Below are positions 20,434 to 31,007 of a DNA stretch of 64,000 nucleotides, piece after piece. Position numbers and translations under genes: made by a program. This stretch comes from Dehalococcoidia bacterium (lineage in GTDB: Bacteria > Chloroflexota > Dehalococcoidia > Lucifugimonadales > UBA6952). The notes beneath the pieces were generated by a model. The model had not been told where the DNA came from and did no database searches. It saw nothing but the letters and a program-made list of their open reading frames with translations. Numbering within the stretch: the stretch's first letter is position 1; each line of letters opens with the position of its first letter. Location of the stretch: contig JBJKVQ010000040.1 of assembly GCA_045562575.1 (NCBI GenBank), positions 3,791 through 67,790 on the forward strand. The letters run 5' to 3'.

Positions 20434-21942
20434 ATGGAAAATATAACAAACAATTTATCATACCTTATACCTGAAATTATAATTACCGTACTTGGATTTA
20501 TAATAATAGGCATTGGAATTTTTACCCGTATAAGAAATAAATTTGTACTCCCTTTTGTTTCAATTAGTGGGCTGATTTTTACTGCGATTTATATTACATT
20601 CTTCTTTAATTTTGGCAATATTCATATACTATCAACAACAGATCACAACCAAATGAATGACTTGTTTATATACGGGGGTTTATTAAAATTAGACTCATTT
20701 TCCTTACTTTTTAAATTTATATTTATCATTCTTGGTATTTTCATAATCCTTATGTCAATCGATTATGTTGATAAATATGTAAACCATGAAGGTGAATTTT
20801 ATGGACTAATCATCCTTTCAATTGCCGGTATGATGATAATGTCTGCTGCAAATGAATTACTAACTGCCTACATTGGTCTAGAGTTACTAAGTTTTAGTTT
20901 ATATATATTAGTTTCGCTAGGAAATGACCCTGAAAAAACAAATGAATCGAGTATTAAATATATTTTACTCGGCGGATTTACTTCAGCATTAGTTCTTTAT
21001 GGTATAAGTCAAATTTATACAGAACTTGTTAAAAATGATATTGTTAACCCTACTTTCTTTTCATCAATAGGAATATATGCCACTCAATACGAAAACTTTC
21101 CGCCACTTTTCATTTTTGGACTATTCCTCTTAATCACAGGTCTCGGATTTAAAATTGCTGCGGTTCCATTTCACACATGGGCTCCGGATATTTATGAGGG
21201 TGCACCATTACCAATAGCAGGATATTTAGCTACTGCATCAAAACTTGCTGGAATAGCTTTGATCCTTAGAATTTTCGCTGAAATTTTTGAAGGTTCACAT
21301 TCAAGTCTCATTATAATTGTTGCCATTTTGGCAATTCTAACAATGTCCTTAGGTAACATTACAGCTATAGCCCAAACAAAATATCGAAGACTTATAGCAT
21401 ATTCAGGAATCAGCCATATGGGATATATTCTAGTTGGATTAGCTACAAATACAATAGATTCTTATAGTGCAGTAATACTACATTCAATAGGATATGCGTT
21501 TTCCGGGTTGCTGATATTTGGTGTTTTAATTTCTTTTTATAATAGAACTAATAAAGAAAATATTAGTGATTTATCAGGGTTATATAAAACAAATTCATTC
21601 CTTGCACTTTGTTTAACTATTGCGTTGTTATCAACAGCAGGTTTGCCATTTTTTGTAGGTTTTATATCCAAGTTTTATCTATTTTTGGCAGCCGTTGAAC
21701 AAGACTTATTATGGCTTGTAATCATTGCCTTAATAAATAGTCTGATTTCTCTCTATTACTATTTAATGGTAATAAAAGAAATGTATGTAAATGAACCTGA
21801 TGATATACAAGTAATCTCTACAAACAAGATAGAAAAATTAGTATTAATTACGTCATTAATTGGTGTAATTGGTCTAGGAATTTATCCTGAAATAATTATG
21901 GACGCAATTAACAGTGCTTCAATTTCAGTTTTTATACGATAA
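20434..21942 (+). CDS. nuoN: NADH-quinone oxidoreductase subunit N
   Basis: Antiporter-like subunit with PFHTWAPDIYEGAPLPIAGYLATASKLAG. It is last in the nuo order. Confidence 0.9.
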   Translation: MENITNNLSYLIPEIIITVLGFIIIGIGIFTRIRNKFVLPFVSISGLIFTAIYITFFFNFGNIHILSTTDHNQMNDLFIYGGLLKLDSFSLLFKFIFIILGIFIILMSIDYVDKYVNHEGEFYGLIILSIAGMMIMSAANELLTAYIGLELLSFSLYILVSLGNDPEKTNESSIKYILLGGFTSALVLYGISQIYTELVKNDIVNPTFFSSIGIYATQYENFPPLFIFGLFLLITGLGFKIAAVPFHTWAPDIYEGAPLPIAGYLATASKLAGIALILRIFAEIFEGSHSSLIIIVAILAILTMSLGNITAIAQTKYRRLIAYSGISHMGYILVGLATNTIDSYSAVILHSIGYAFSGLLIFGVLISFYNRTNKENISDLSGLYKTNSFLALCLTIALLSTAGLPFFVGFISKFYLFLAAVEQDLLWLVIIALINSLISLYYYLMVIKEMYVNEPDDIQVISTNKIEKLVLITSLIGVIGLGIYPEIIMDAINSASISVFIR

Positions 21943-21954
21943 ACAAGGGATAAT

Positions 21955-23253
21955 ATGTCAGATACCTTCCAGATAAAATCAATAATTGCTCACGAAATTT
22001 TAGATTCCAGGTCTAATCCAACTATAAAAGTATCAGTAACATTATCTGATAATACTGTGGGTACTGCTAATGTTCCTTCCGGAGCAAGTACTGGCGCACA
22101 TGAAGCAATTGAGTTGAGGGATAACGATAAGAATAGGTTTTCTGGTAAAGGAGTCTTAAAAGCAGTCTCTAATGTAAATAACATCATTGCAAATAAACTA
22201 AATGGTATGAATTTTTCAAACACTGAAGATATTGATAAAACACTCATCGATTTAGATGGAACCGAGAATAAAGCTAATTTGGGAGCAAATGCTATTTTAG
22301 GTGTATCACTTGCAACAATTCATGCAATTTCAAATTCAAGCAGTATTCCTCTCTATCAATACATTTCAAATATAACCAATAGTACTATGTCTCTTCCAGT
22401 GCCAATGTTCAATATTTTGAATGGAGGAAGTCATGCTTCTAACTCCACAGATATTCAGGAATTCATGATCATCCCTTCAGGATTAAACTCCTTCAGCGAA
22501 GCTCTACAATTCGGAGCAGAAACCTACCAATCACTCAAATCTTTACTTTCTCAAGAAGGTAAATCGACTAATGTAGGGGATGAAGGCGGATTTGCTCCAG
22601 AAATGAAATCTAATCAAGCCGCAATAGAAATTATTTTAAAAGCTGTAGAAAATGCTGGTTACAAAATAGGAAAAGATTGTTATTTAGGGCTAGACATCGC
22701 TGCTTCTGAATTCTATAAAGATCAAAAATATCACCTTAAAAAAGATAACTTAGATTTAGATAGTGATGAAATGGTCAACTACTTAATTAACTTAGTTAAT
22801 TTATATCCTATTTTAAGTATTGAAGATGGATTAGCAGAAGATGATTGGAACGGATGGGCTAATTTAACACATCAAATTGGAAGTAAAATCCAGTTAGTCG
22901 GGGATGACTTATATACTACTAATGTCGCGAGACTGACAAAAGGTATTAATGAAATGAGTAGTAATTCTATTCTTATCAAATTTAATCAAATTGGAAGTAT
23001 AACCGAAACTTTTAATACGATAGAATTAGCAAAAAATGCAAAATGGACTAATGTCATTAGTCATAGATCTGGTGAAACGGAAGATACAACTATTGCTGAT
23101 TTGTCAGTAGGAACTGGTGCTGGGCAAATAAAAACTGGAGCGCCAGCAAGAAGTGAAAGAGTTGCAAAATATAATCGATTATTAAGTATTGAAGACGAGT
23201 TAAAAGGAAGTGTATCATACGCAGGGAAGTCTGCGTTTCCTTTTTTATCATAA
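21955..23253 (+). CDS. eno: enolase
   Basis: [19 protein letters not shown], and the [15 protein letters not shown] and [16 protein letters not shown] signatures. Confidence 0.97.
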   Translation: MSDTFQIKSIIAHEILDSRSNPTIKVSVTLSDNTVGTANVPSGASTGAHEAIELRDNDKNRFSGKGVLKAVSNVNNIIANKLNGMNFSNTEDIDKTLIDLDGTENKANLGANAILGVSLATIHAISNSSSIPLYQYISNITNSTMSLPVPMFNILNGGSHASNSTDIQEFMIIPSGLNSFSEALQFGAETYQSLKSLLSQEGKSTNVGDEGGFAPEMKSNQAAIEIILKAVENAGYKIGKDCYLGLDIAASEFYKDQKYHLKKDNLDLDSDEMVNYLINLVNLYPILSIEDGLAEDDWNGWANLTHQIGSKIQLVGDDLYTTNVARLTKGINEMSSNSILIKFNQIGSITETFNTIELAKNAKWTNVISHRSGETEDTTIADLSVGTGAGQIKTGAPARSERVAKYNRLLSIEDELKGSVSYAGKSAFPFLS

Positions 23254-23269
23254 TAATAAGGATTAAAAC

Positions 23270-24277
23270 ATGGTAACAAAAATAGGTATTAATGGGTTTG
23301 GGAGGATTGGTAGACAAATACTTAGAGTTATAATGGAACAATACCAAAGTGACCTAGAGGTAGTATCTATCAACGACGGTGGGAGTATCGAAACCAATGC
23401 TCACTTATTCAAATATGACAGTACCTATGGGACTTATAATGGAACAGTTACCCATAACGAAAATATTCTCGAAATAGATGGTCATAAAATAACTAAAACA
23501 AGTGACCGTAACCCTATGAATTTAGATTGGTCTAAATATGGCGTTGACATAGTCGTAGAATCCACAGGAAACCTTACTGATAGAGAAAGTGCATCAACAC
23601 ATCTCAATAGTGGTGCGAAAACAGTATTAATTACCGCTCCTGCCTCTAATGCAGACCTGACAATGGTTTTAGGAGTAAATGAAAATGAGTATGATCCGAA
23701 AAAACATAAAATATTATCTAATGCATCTTGTACTACAAATTGTGCAGCTCCATTAGTAAAAGTTCTTCATGATAATTTCAGTATCAACCAAGGTCTAATG
23801 ACAACAGTACATTCTTATACAAATGATCAAAAAGTACTCGATGGGAATCATAAAGATTTACGAAGGGCAAGAACAGCAGCAGGGAATATAATTCCAACCT
23901 CTACTGGCGCAGCCAAAACATGTGCGGTCGTCATGCCAGAATTGCAAGGTAAAGTACACGGTGTTGCACTACGAGTCCCTACACAAACAGTTTCAGTTGT
24001 CGATTTCGTAGCAACTTTAGAAAAAAAAGTAACCCCTGAGGATATAAACCAAGCTTATAAAAACGCTGCTAAAACTTCTATGGCTGGTATAATTGATTAC
24101 TGTGACGAACCATTAGTATCTAGTGACTTTCGAGGCAGCCCTTATAGTTGTATCTTTGATTCGTTATCTACAATGGTATTAGGTAATTCAATGGTTAAAA
24201 TATTAGGTTGGTATGATAATGAATGGGGATATTCATGCAGAACAGCTGAGATGTTAAAATTTATTGCTACTAAATAA
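23270..24277 (+). CDS. gap: glyceraldehyde-3-phosphate dehydrogenase
   Basis: INGFGRIGR, active-site SNASCTTNC, and WYDNEWGYS. Confidence 0.97.
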   Translation: MVTKIGINGFGRIGRQILRVIMEQYQSDLEVVSINDGGSIETNAHLFKYDSTYGTYNGTVTHNENILEIDGHKITKTSDRNPMNLDWSKYGVDIVVESTGNLTDRESASTHLNSGAKTVLITAPASNADLTMVLGVNENEYDPKKHKILSNASCTTNCAAPLVKVLHDNFSINQGLMTTVHSYTNDQKVLDGNHKDLRRARTAAGNIIPTSTGAAKTCAVVMPELQGKVHGVALRVPTQTVSVVDFVATLEKKVTPEDINQAYKNAAKTSMAGIIDYCDEPLVSSDFRGSPYSCIFDSLSTMVLGNSMVKILGWYDNEWGYSCRTAEMLKFIATK

Positions 24278-24306
24278 ACCAAATACCCTAGGCTTGATAA
24301 AACCTG

Positions 24307-27300
24307 GTGATTAACTGGAAAAATAAATCAATCAAAAATAATGCCGGATTCATAAATAAATCTATAATAATTACAATAATAATTATAGGTTTCCTAATAC
24401 GCTTGTATGGTTTGAATTGGGATAGTGGTTATTATTTCCATCCTGATGAACGGTCTATCTATATGCGCGTTGACTGTATGCATAAGGTTCTCATGAGTTC
24501 TTTGGGATATCTTGATTGTGTCAAATCAGCACCATTTGATTTAACAGAACCTGGTTTTCCTTCAATACAAACATTTTTTAGTAGCGATAAAAGTCCTTTA
24601 AATCCACATTGGTTTCCATTAGGAAGTGCAATAATTTACCTATTATTGATTTTTAAAATGCTTCTTTCACCTTTTATATCTCTCGGTGTTTATGACCTTT
24701 ATCTCATAGGTAGATCGCTTTCAATAATTGCCGATATAGGCTCCATGGTATTTATATATATAATTACAAAAAATATTTTTGGGGTTAGGGCCGCATTGTT
24801 ATCACTTGTACTATTTGCCTTCTTACCTACAAGCATACAACATAGTCACTACTATAGACCCGAACCTTTTTCCGTTCTATTTATTCTAGCCAGCTTTTGG
24901 TCTATGCTTAAGCTATATGATAAACAATCACTCAAACACTATTTTCTGGTTGGCCTTTGTATAGGTCTCGCCCTCTCTTTTAAAATCAGTGCCCTATCAT
25001 TAGGGATACCACTTTCAATTTTGTTTGTTATGTTTGTTGTCTCTAAAATTGATTCAGCATCAATTACGTTCCAATTACATCAAGTTAAGTTATTTACAAT
25101 AACAGGAATTGTCATTGCGTCTACCTATTTAGTTATAAATCCCTATGCAATATTGGATTTTGAAGAATTTTGGGAATGGAATACCAGAGAAATTAATATT
25201 ATAAATACGGCAGGTATCGTTCCATATACCATTCAATATTTGAATACACCAAATTTTATTTATGAATTTCTCCAAACAACTAAATGGAACATTGGCATAC
25301 TTACTGGTATTACCTTATGGGTATTATTTCTATCTGCAATAATTTATAACTTTAGATATCCAAAAATCACTGAAATACTTCTTTTAGTTTGGGGATTTGC
25401 TTATTTCATAACCATTGCAACAGTAGAAGTTAAATTTACTCGATATATGTATCCTCTTATACCCATAATGATAATTATAGGTTCAGGATATTTATTTAAA
25501 GTACAACATTATCTAAATCAAAAAAAGAATTTTTTACATGCAGTTTTTCCGATTGTAATTGCAATACTTGCTACATCATCAGTTTTATATGGCCTAGCAT
25601 ACACCAACATTTATACAAATGATCATAGTGCTGTTCAGGCAAGTAAATGGATTAATGAAAATATTCCAAAAGGAACGAAAATTATAAATGATAATCACTG
25701 GGATGAGTCAATCCCTGATATTTATGGTTATCAGATAAAACAAATACCTATATTCGAATCTGACACACAAGATAAAGGATTTAATATAGCAATGGATTTG
25801 TCATCGTCTGAGTATGTGATCTTTTACAGTAATAGAACCTATAATGCAATATTTAATAATTCATCCCAATATCCAATTAGTGCTTCATATTACAATAGCC
25901 TTTTTAATGGTGAGTTAGGATATTCACTAGTTAAATCAATTACTCAATACCCAGAAATTTTAGGTATTCATTTTCAACATGATACTTTTTCCATCAATAA
26001 CATACCTACACCTATTGGTTTCCCAACTGATGATGGTTCAGGTCTATATTTAAATCTTGGTTATGGTGACAACGACATTGTGAATTATGACCATCCAGTA
26101 GTACTAATTTTTGAAAATATCCAAAAATATAAACCAGATAGAATATATCAAACTATCTATAGTGGGCGAACCAATTACCCATCAGAACTAAGTTCTATGC
26201 TTACTACTGAAGACAGAATATCCAATAGTAACAGTGGAACTTGGGATACTATTTTTCCTAAAAATCTTTTAGTTGAAAAATTACCTGTTTTATCATGGTT
26301 TATCTTATTAGAAATTTTGACACTTCTTTTTTTACCTATATCTTTAATAATCTTTCGCGGTTTACCAGATAAAGGATTTGGAATCAATAAATTACTTTCA
26401 CTATTTGTAATCGCATACATTACATGGATATTTGTTTATTTAAATATCCTTACATTTACAATGTCCTCGATAGTATTAATCGTGGTTATACTAGGCGCTA
26501 TTTCGATAAGAGTTTTTTATAAAAACAAAAACTATATAGTCACAACAATTAAAAATAATATCAAAATATTTGTTATAGAAGATTTGATATTTCTTTCAGC
26601 CTTTGCATTATTTGTACTAATTCGATGGTTTAATCCCGATTTATGGCATCCATATTTAGGAGGGGAAAAACCAATGGATTTTGCCTATCTGAATGCAATT
26701 ATAAAATCTACAACAATGCCTCCATACGATCCATGGTTTGCAGGTGGTTATATCAATTATTATTATTTTGGACAGTTTTTTATAGCTGTATACATTGTCC
26801 TTTCTGGTATTGTTACAGAAATCGCGTACAATCTCGCTATCCCAACTTTGTATGCATTTACGGCAATTCTCTCGTTCTCAATTGGATATAATATTTATTC
26901 TCTTTACCGTGAAAAAATACATCTCAACAGATCATCTTTATTTGCAGGTTTTATTACTCTATTTCTCATAACATTATCAGGTAATTTTGGAATACTTTTT
27001 CAAATTATTGATAATCCAAGTTATCTTATGAACCCAACACGATTTGACTGGTGGGGACCAAGTAGAATGATGGAACCTCAGTTCAGTATCACAGAATTCC
27101 CTTTTTGGACATTTCTATTTGCTGATTTGCATGCTCACTTAATCGCTCTTCCGTTCACCATATTAACGATACTTCTAGGTTTGAATGTTTGCACTCACTT
27201 ACTAAAACAAGAGAAAATTTATACGAGACAATTTATTGCTAGTTTTTTATGTTTTGCATTAATATTAGGTTCACTTTCGGTTATTAACACCTGGGATTAT

Positions 27301-28593
27301 CCAATCTATTTAGTTATTTCCTTATTTTTTATATTCATCGGACTCTTTACTTCACTATCATTACTTCAACAAACAATCACAAAACTGATTTTAATATCAA
27401 TTACTCTCACTAGTATCTCTTACCTATTATATCTACCATATCATTTGGATAGTACAATCTACACGTCAGGATTCCACCTTAGTAATGAACAAACAAATAT
27501 TTCCGATTTTCTATCAATATATGGATTTTTTCTTTTCATATTTCTTTCATATTTTCTTCTGAAAACACTGAATTTTTACGTGTCTTTATCTATCCCCAAA
27601 AACCTCATTATCCCAATTAGTATTATTCTCATTTCGACAATTATTGTGATTCTCTCTTTTACACTTTATTTTGGATATTTTACTGTTGGAATTATTCTCA
27701 TTTTACTAATAATGCTTAAATTAATGATTCCAGATTTATATATGAATTCCTTAGGCAATCGATATTATTTATTTCCCTTATTTTTCATATTACTTTCATT
27801 AGGTATTTGTATTTTTGTAGATATATTTACTATCGATAATGATATTAATCGAATGAATACAGTCTTCAAGTTCTACAATCAAGCATGGATTCTCTTTTCA
27901 ATTGGATCTGCATTTTTACTCACTATACTACTGGAATCTATAAAATCTAAATTAATATTAAATAACCGAATCATTAGGTACTTTTGGATATTTTTATTTG
28001 GGTGTTTTGTTATAAATGCATCTTTGTTTGCAGTATTTGGTACAACATCCAGAGTAAACAACCGATTTACGACAGAATTTAAAAGTTTAAATGGTATGGA
28101 ATTTATGAAATATGCTACGTATACAGATACTAAAGCACCTCTCTGGGAATCTGAAATGGATGGATTGGATTTAAATAATGATTTAGAAGGCATCATGTGG
28201 ATCCGAGCCAACATTCCTGGATCACCTGTTATTGCAGAGGCTACTACCGAGCCTCATAGATATATGTGGGGTAACCGTATATCGATATATACTGGAAATC
28301 CTACAGTTATAGGTTGGGGATGGCACCAAACACAGCAAAGAACATCGAGGGAATCTATTGAAGAAATAAATACGAGAATCCAAGATGTAAAAGTTTTCTT
28401 TTCAACAGAAAATAAAAAGTTGGCACAAGATATTGCAGAAAAATATAATATTGAATATATATATGTTGGTGAATTAGAAAAAATTTATTACCCCAAAGAG
28501 GGTTTAGATAAATTTGATTTTATGATTCAGCAAGGATTCAAGAAAATTTATTATAAAAATGGTTTCTCAGTTTATAAAATCAAAAAACCATAA
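24307..28593 (+). CDS. giant polytopic membrane protein: N-terminal GT-C/PMT_2-like module plus C-terminal DUF2298 / Chlor_Arch_YYY-type module
   Basis: 1428 aa with a GTG start and dozens of TM segments. First-loop motif YFHPDERSIY in module 1. WHPYLGGEKPMDFAYLNA and GGYINYYYFGQFF (YYY codons 26758-26766) in module 2. Confidence 0.7.
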   Translation: MINWKNKSIKNNAGFINKSIIITIIIIGFLIRLYGLNWDSGYYFHPDERSIYMRVDCMHKVLMSSLGYLDCVKSAPFDLTEPGFPSIQTFFSSDKSPLNPHWFPLGSAIIYLLLIFKMLLSPFISLGVYDLYLIGRSLSIIADIGSMVFIYIITKNIFGVRAALLSLVLFAFLPTSIQHSHYYRPEPFSVLFILASFWSMLKLYDKQSLKHYFLVGLCIGLALSFKISALSLGIPLSILFVMFVVSKIDSASITFQLHQVKLFTITGIVIASTYLVINPYAILDFEEFWEWNTREINIINTAGIVPYTIQYLNTPNFIYEFLQTTKWNIGILTGITLWVLFLSAIIYNFRYPKITEILLLVWGFAYFITIATVEVKFTRYMYPLIPIMIIIGSGYLFKVQHYLNQKKNFLHAVFPIVIAILATSSVLYGLAYTNIYTNDHSAVQASKWINENIPKGTKIINDNHWDESIPDIYGYQIKQIPIFESDTQDKGFNIAMDLSSSEYVIFYSNRTYNAIFNNSSQYPISASYYNSLFNGELGYSLVKSITQYPEILGIHFQHDTFSINNIPTPIGFPTDDGSGLYLNLGYGDNDIVNYDHPVVLIFENIQKYKPDRIYQTIYSGRTNYPSELSSMLTTEDRISNSNSGTWDTIFPKNLLVEKLPVLSWFILLEILTLLFLPISLIIFRGLPDKGFGINKLLSLFVIAYITWIFVYLNILTFTMSSIVLIVVILGAISIRVFYKNKNYIVTTIKNNIKIFVIEDLIFLSAFALFVLIRWFNPDLWHPYLGGEKPMDFAYLNAIIKSTTMPPYDPWFAGGYINYYYFGQFFIAVYIVLSGIVTEIAYNLAIPTLYAFTAILSFSIGYNIYSLYREKIHLNRSSLFAGFITLFLITLSGNFGILFQIIDNPSYLMNPTRFDWWGPSRMMEPQFSITEFPFWTFLFADLHAHLIALPFTILTILLGLNVCTHLLKQEKIYTRQFIASFLCFALILGSLSVINTWDYPIYLVISLFFIFIGLFTSLSLLQQTITKLILISITLTSISYLLYLPYHLDSTIYTSGFHLSNEQTNISDFLSIYGFFLFIFLSYFLLKTLNFYVSLSIPKNLIIPISIILISTIIVILSFTLYFGYFTVGIILILLIMLKLMIPDLYMNSLGNRYYLFPLFFILLSLGICIFVDIFTIDNDINRMNTVFKFYNQAWILFSIGSAFLLTILLESIKSKLILNNRIIRYFWIFLFGCFVINASLFAVFGTTSRVNNRFTTEFKSLNGMEFMKYATYTDTKAPLWESEMDGLDLNNDLEGIMWIRANIPGSPVIAEATTEPHRYMWGNRISIYTGNPTVIGWGWHQTQQRTSRESIEEINTRIQDVKVFFSTENKKLAQDIAEKYNIEYIYVGELEKIYYPKEGLDKFDFMIQQGFKKIYYKNGFSVYKIKKP

Positions 28594-28596
28594 TTA

Positions 28597-30168
28597 TTAT
28601 TCATCTTCTTGTACTAAAGCTTTTTCCCATGTTAAGTATTTAAGCATAAGTTCTCGATTCCCCAGCGGGTGAACAAAAACATCATCTGGATAATTGTATT
28701 TTGTATTATCATCAGCGATTAGTGGAAAGTTTTTAGACTTCCAGTCCTCTAAACCACCACTTAAAACCACAGTATTACTATATCCTAAATCTTCTAATAT
28801 CTTTGTAGAAAAAGAAGATCGAAGTCCATCATTACAAACTAATATTATCTTCTCCGCTTTATTAGAGACCACAGTTTCTATATATAATTCTAACCAATCC
28901 TTTGGAAGCCAATACGAATTTTCAATATGGCCTTCATTATAATTTGTACTATTTCCCAAAAATAAAAGCGTCTGATTTTCATTGTTATTTATACTTTTAA
29001 GTAAGTCATTTGAACTAATAGATTTATAATCTGCAGGAAGATCTAAGTTAGGTTGTAAAAATCCTACACTATACTTGAATTCATCACTAGAGCATTCATT
29101 CATACCACCCAAAACCACTTGGATATTGTCATACCCCATTCTTTTTAACCAATATGCAGCAACTGTCGACCGAGTCATATCATTGCAAACTAGAATAACT
29201 TGTGCATTTTTCACACCGATAGTTTCATCAGTACGCTGAATTAACTGACCGCCTGCCATCCAATCGAATCCTGATAAATGAGACTGTTTATATTCAGATT
29301 CGGTTCTAACGTCAACAAAGTAGATATTATTTTCAATATTTGGATTAAAAAGATTTTTCAGGTCAACTTGATCAATGGTTTGTATCCCATTTTGTTTACG
29401 CATATTTTCAGCTAATTCTTGAGCAAGTTTCTTAAAATCCGCATTTGTATCAACAAAATCTTCTACATCATTATCATATTGAAGTTCGTACCCTGCTAAT
29501 AACCAGCCCATAGTGCCATCTTTTAAAGAAAGAATGTCCTTATAACCTAAAGAATGCATTAAGCTCGCCCCAATAATACTTCTTGTTCTACCACCACAAT
29601 GGATTACTATTTGCCCATCAAATTCTTTATCCAATTCTGGAACTCTATTTATTAGTTCTCCATTTGGAATACTTATACTATTTGGCATAGTTGCTCTTGA
29701 GTATTCTTCAGGAGTTCTCGTATCAATTAATAATAGCTTTTCTCCATTTTCTATCTTTTCAAAAAGTTCTTCCGGTGTTATTTCGGGAGGATCATCAGTA
29801 TGCAAAACTTGCTCACCAAAGACTTTACTTGGGACATTCATGCCTTCAGTATACGAATATCCTTCAGTTATCCATTTATCTAACCCACCCTCTAAAACTA
29901 ATACATTTGAATATCCCATATGGGAAAGTTGTGATACGGAATAAAAAGATCTTTTAGAATCACTATCATTTAATATAATTTTTGTATGTTTGTACGGGAT
30001 TAAACGTGGTAGTTCAAATTCAAGATCAGCCCTAGGAATAGAGCTTGAACCTAAAATATGTTTCTCGTTAAATTCTGCCTTTGAACGTACATCAAGTAAA
30101 CAAAAATCAGTACTTTTAATTATTAATTCCGATAAGTCTTCACAGCTTAAATAATTCACTTTATTCAT
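28597..30168 (-). CDS. four-domain rhodanese (sulfurtransferase-like) protein
   Basis: Four tandem rhodanese folds. The active-site loops read ILNDSDSKRS (no Cys), IHCGGRTRS, LVCNDMTRS and LVCNDGLRS. Confidence 0.8.
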   Translation of the reverse strand: MNKVNYLSCEDLSELIIKSTDFCLLDVRSKAEFNEKHILGSSSIPRADLEFELPRLIPYKHTKIILNDSDSKRSFYSVSQLSHMGYSNVLVLEGGLDKWITEGYSYTEGMNVPSKVFGEQVLHTDDPPEITPEELFEKIENGEKLLLIDTRTPEEYSRATMPNSISIPNGELINRVPELDKEFDGQIVIHCGGRTRSIIGASLMHSLGYKDILSLKDGTMGWLLAGYELQYDNDVEDFVDTNADFKKLAQELAENMRKQNGIQTIDQVDLKNLFNPNIENNIYFVDVRTESEYKQSHLSGFDWMAGGQLIQRTDETIGVKNAQVILVCNDMTRSTVAAYWLKRMGYDNIQVVLGGMNECSSDEFKYSVGFLQPNLDLPADYKSISSNDLLKSINNNENQTLLFLGNSTNYNEGHIENSYWLPKDWLELYIETVVSNKAEKIILVCNDGLRSSFSTKILEDLGYSNTVVLSGGLEDWKSKNFPLIADDNTKYNYPDDVFVHPLGNRELMLKYLTWEKALVQEDE

Positions 30169-30174
30169 AATAAT

Positions 30175-30999
30175 TTAGACCTCTTTAAACTTTGGATAGG
30201 AACCAAATACTCTTATCTGACTTGTTTGTTTTCTTAATTTCTCCATCACTGGTTTGATATTATCGTCATTTTGATGACCATCAAAATCAATTAAAAATAT
30301 ATATTGACCCAAACCTTCTCTGGAGGGTCGAGATTCGATTTTAATCAAATTGATATCATTAGATGCAAAAATACCTATAGTATCGTATAACTGTCCTGGT
30401 TTATCCACGTCATAACTAAAACATAGTGAAGTTTTATCTGAACCAGTTGAATCTGTAAAATCATTTCCCAAAACAACAAATCTAGTTACATTCGATGAAT
30501 TATCTTGAATACTTTTGTTTAAGATTTTCATGCCATAAAGTTCAGATGAACCTAAGTTTCCTATAGCTGCCCCATTAGAGTCACCTTTAATTTGTTCTAC
30601 AGCAGAAGCTGTGCTTAAAGAAGCTACTAAATTTGCATTTGGAAAATTAGCTTCAAGAAATACCCTACATTGTGCCAATGCTTGAGGATGAGAATATATA
30701 TTTTTTACATCATTAACATTAGTGTTTGGATCAATAATGAAATGATGCTCTATTTTAATTATCACTTCATCGCAAATAATTAATGATGGATCATGTATTA
30801 ATAAATCCAAAGTATCTACTACCGAACCATTTAAACTATTTTCAATAGGTAAAACAGCAAGATCACTATCGATATTCACCGAGTCATATACTGCACGAAA
30901 GCTAGGTTGTGGTATCAAATTAGCTTTGGAATCATACAATTGTGCAGCTAGTTCAGTAAAAGTTCCAGCTGGACCTAAATATGATATGTTTCGAACCAT
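30175..30999 (-). CDS. pheA: prephenate dehydratase (PDT + ACT)
   Basis: ISYLGPAGTFTE N-terminus and an IESRPSR motif in the ACT region. ATG 30999 (AGGAG 5 nt upstream) is preferred over the track start at 31023. Confidence 0.85.
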   Translation of the reverse strand: MVRNISYLGPAGTFTELAAQLYDSKANLIPQPSFRAVYDSVNIDSDLAVLPIENSLNGSVVDTLDLLIHDPSLIICDEVIIKIEHHFIIDPNTNVNDVKNIYSHPQALAQCRVFLEANFPNANLVASLSTASAVEQIKGDSNGAAIGNLGSSELYGMKILNKSIQDNSSNVTRFVVLGNDFTDSTGSDKTSLCFSYDVDKPGQLYDTIGIFASNDINLIKIESRPSREGLGQYIFLIDFDGHQNDDNIKPVMEKLRKQTSQIRVFGSYPKFKEV

Positions 31000-31007
31000 A
31001 AAATCTC

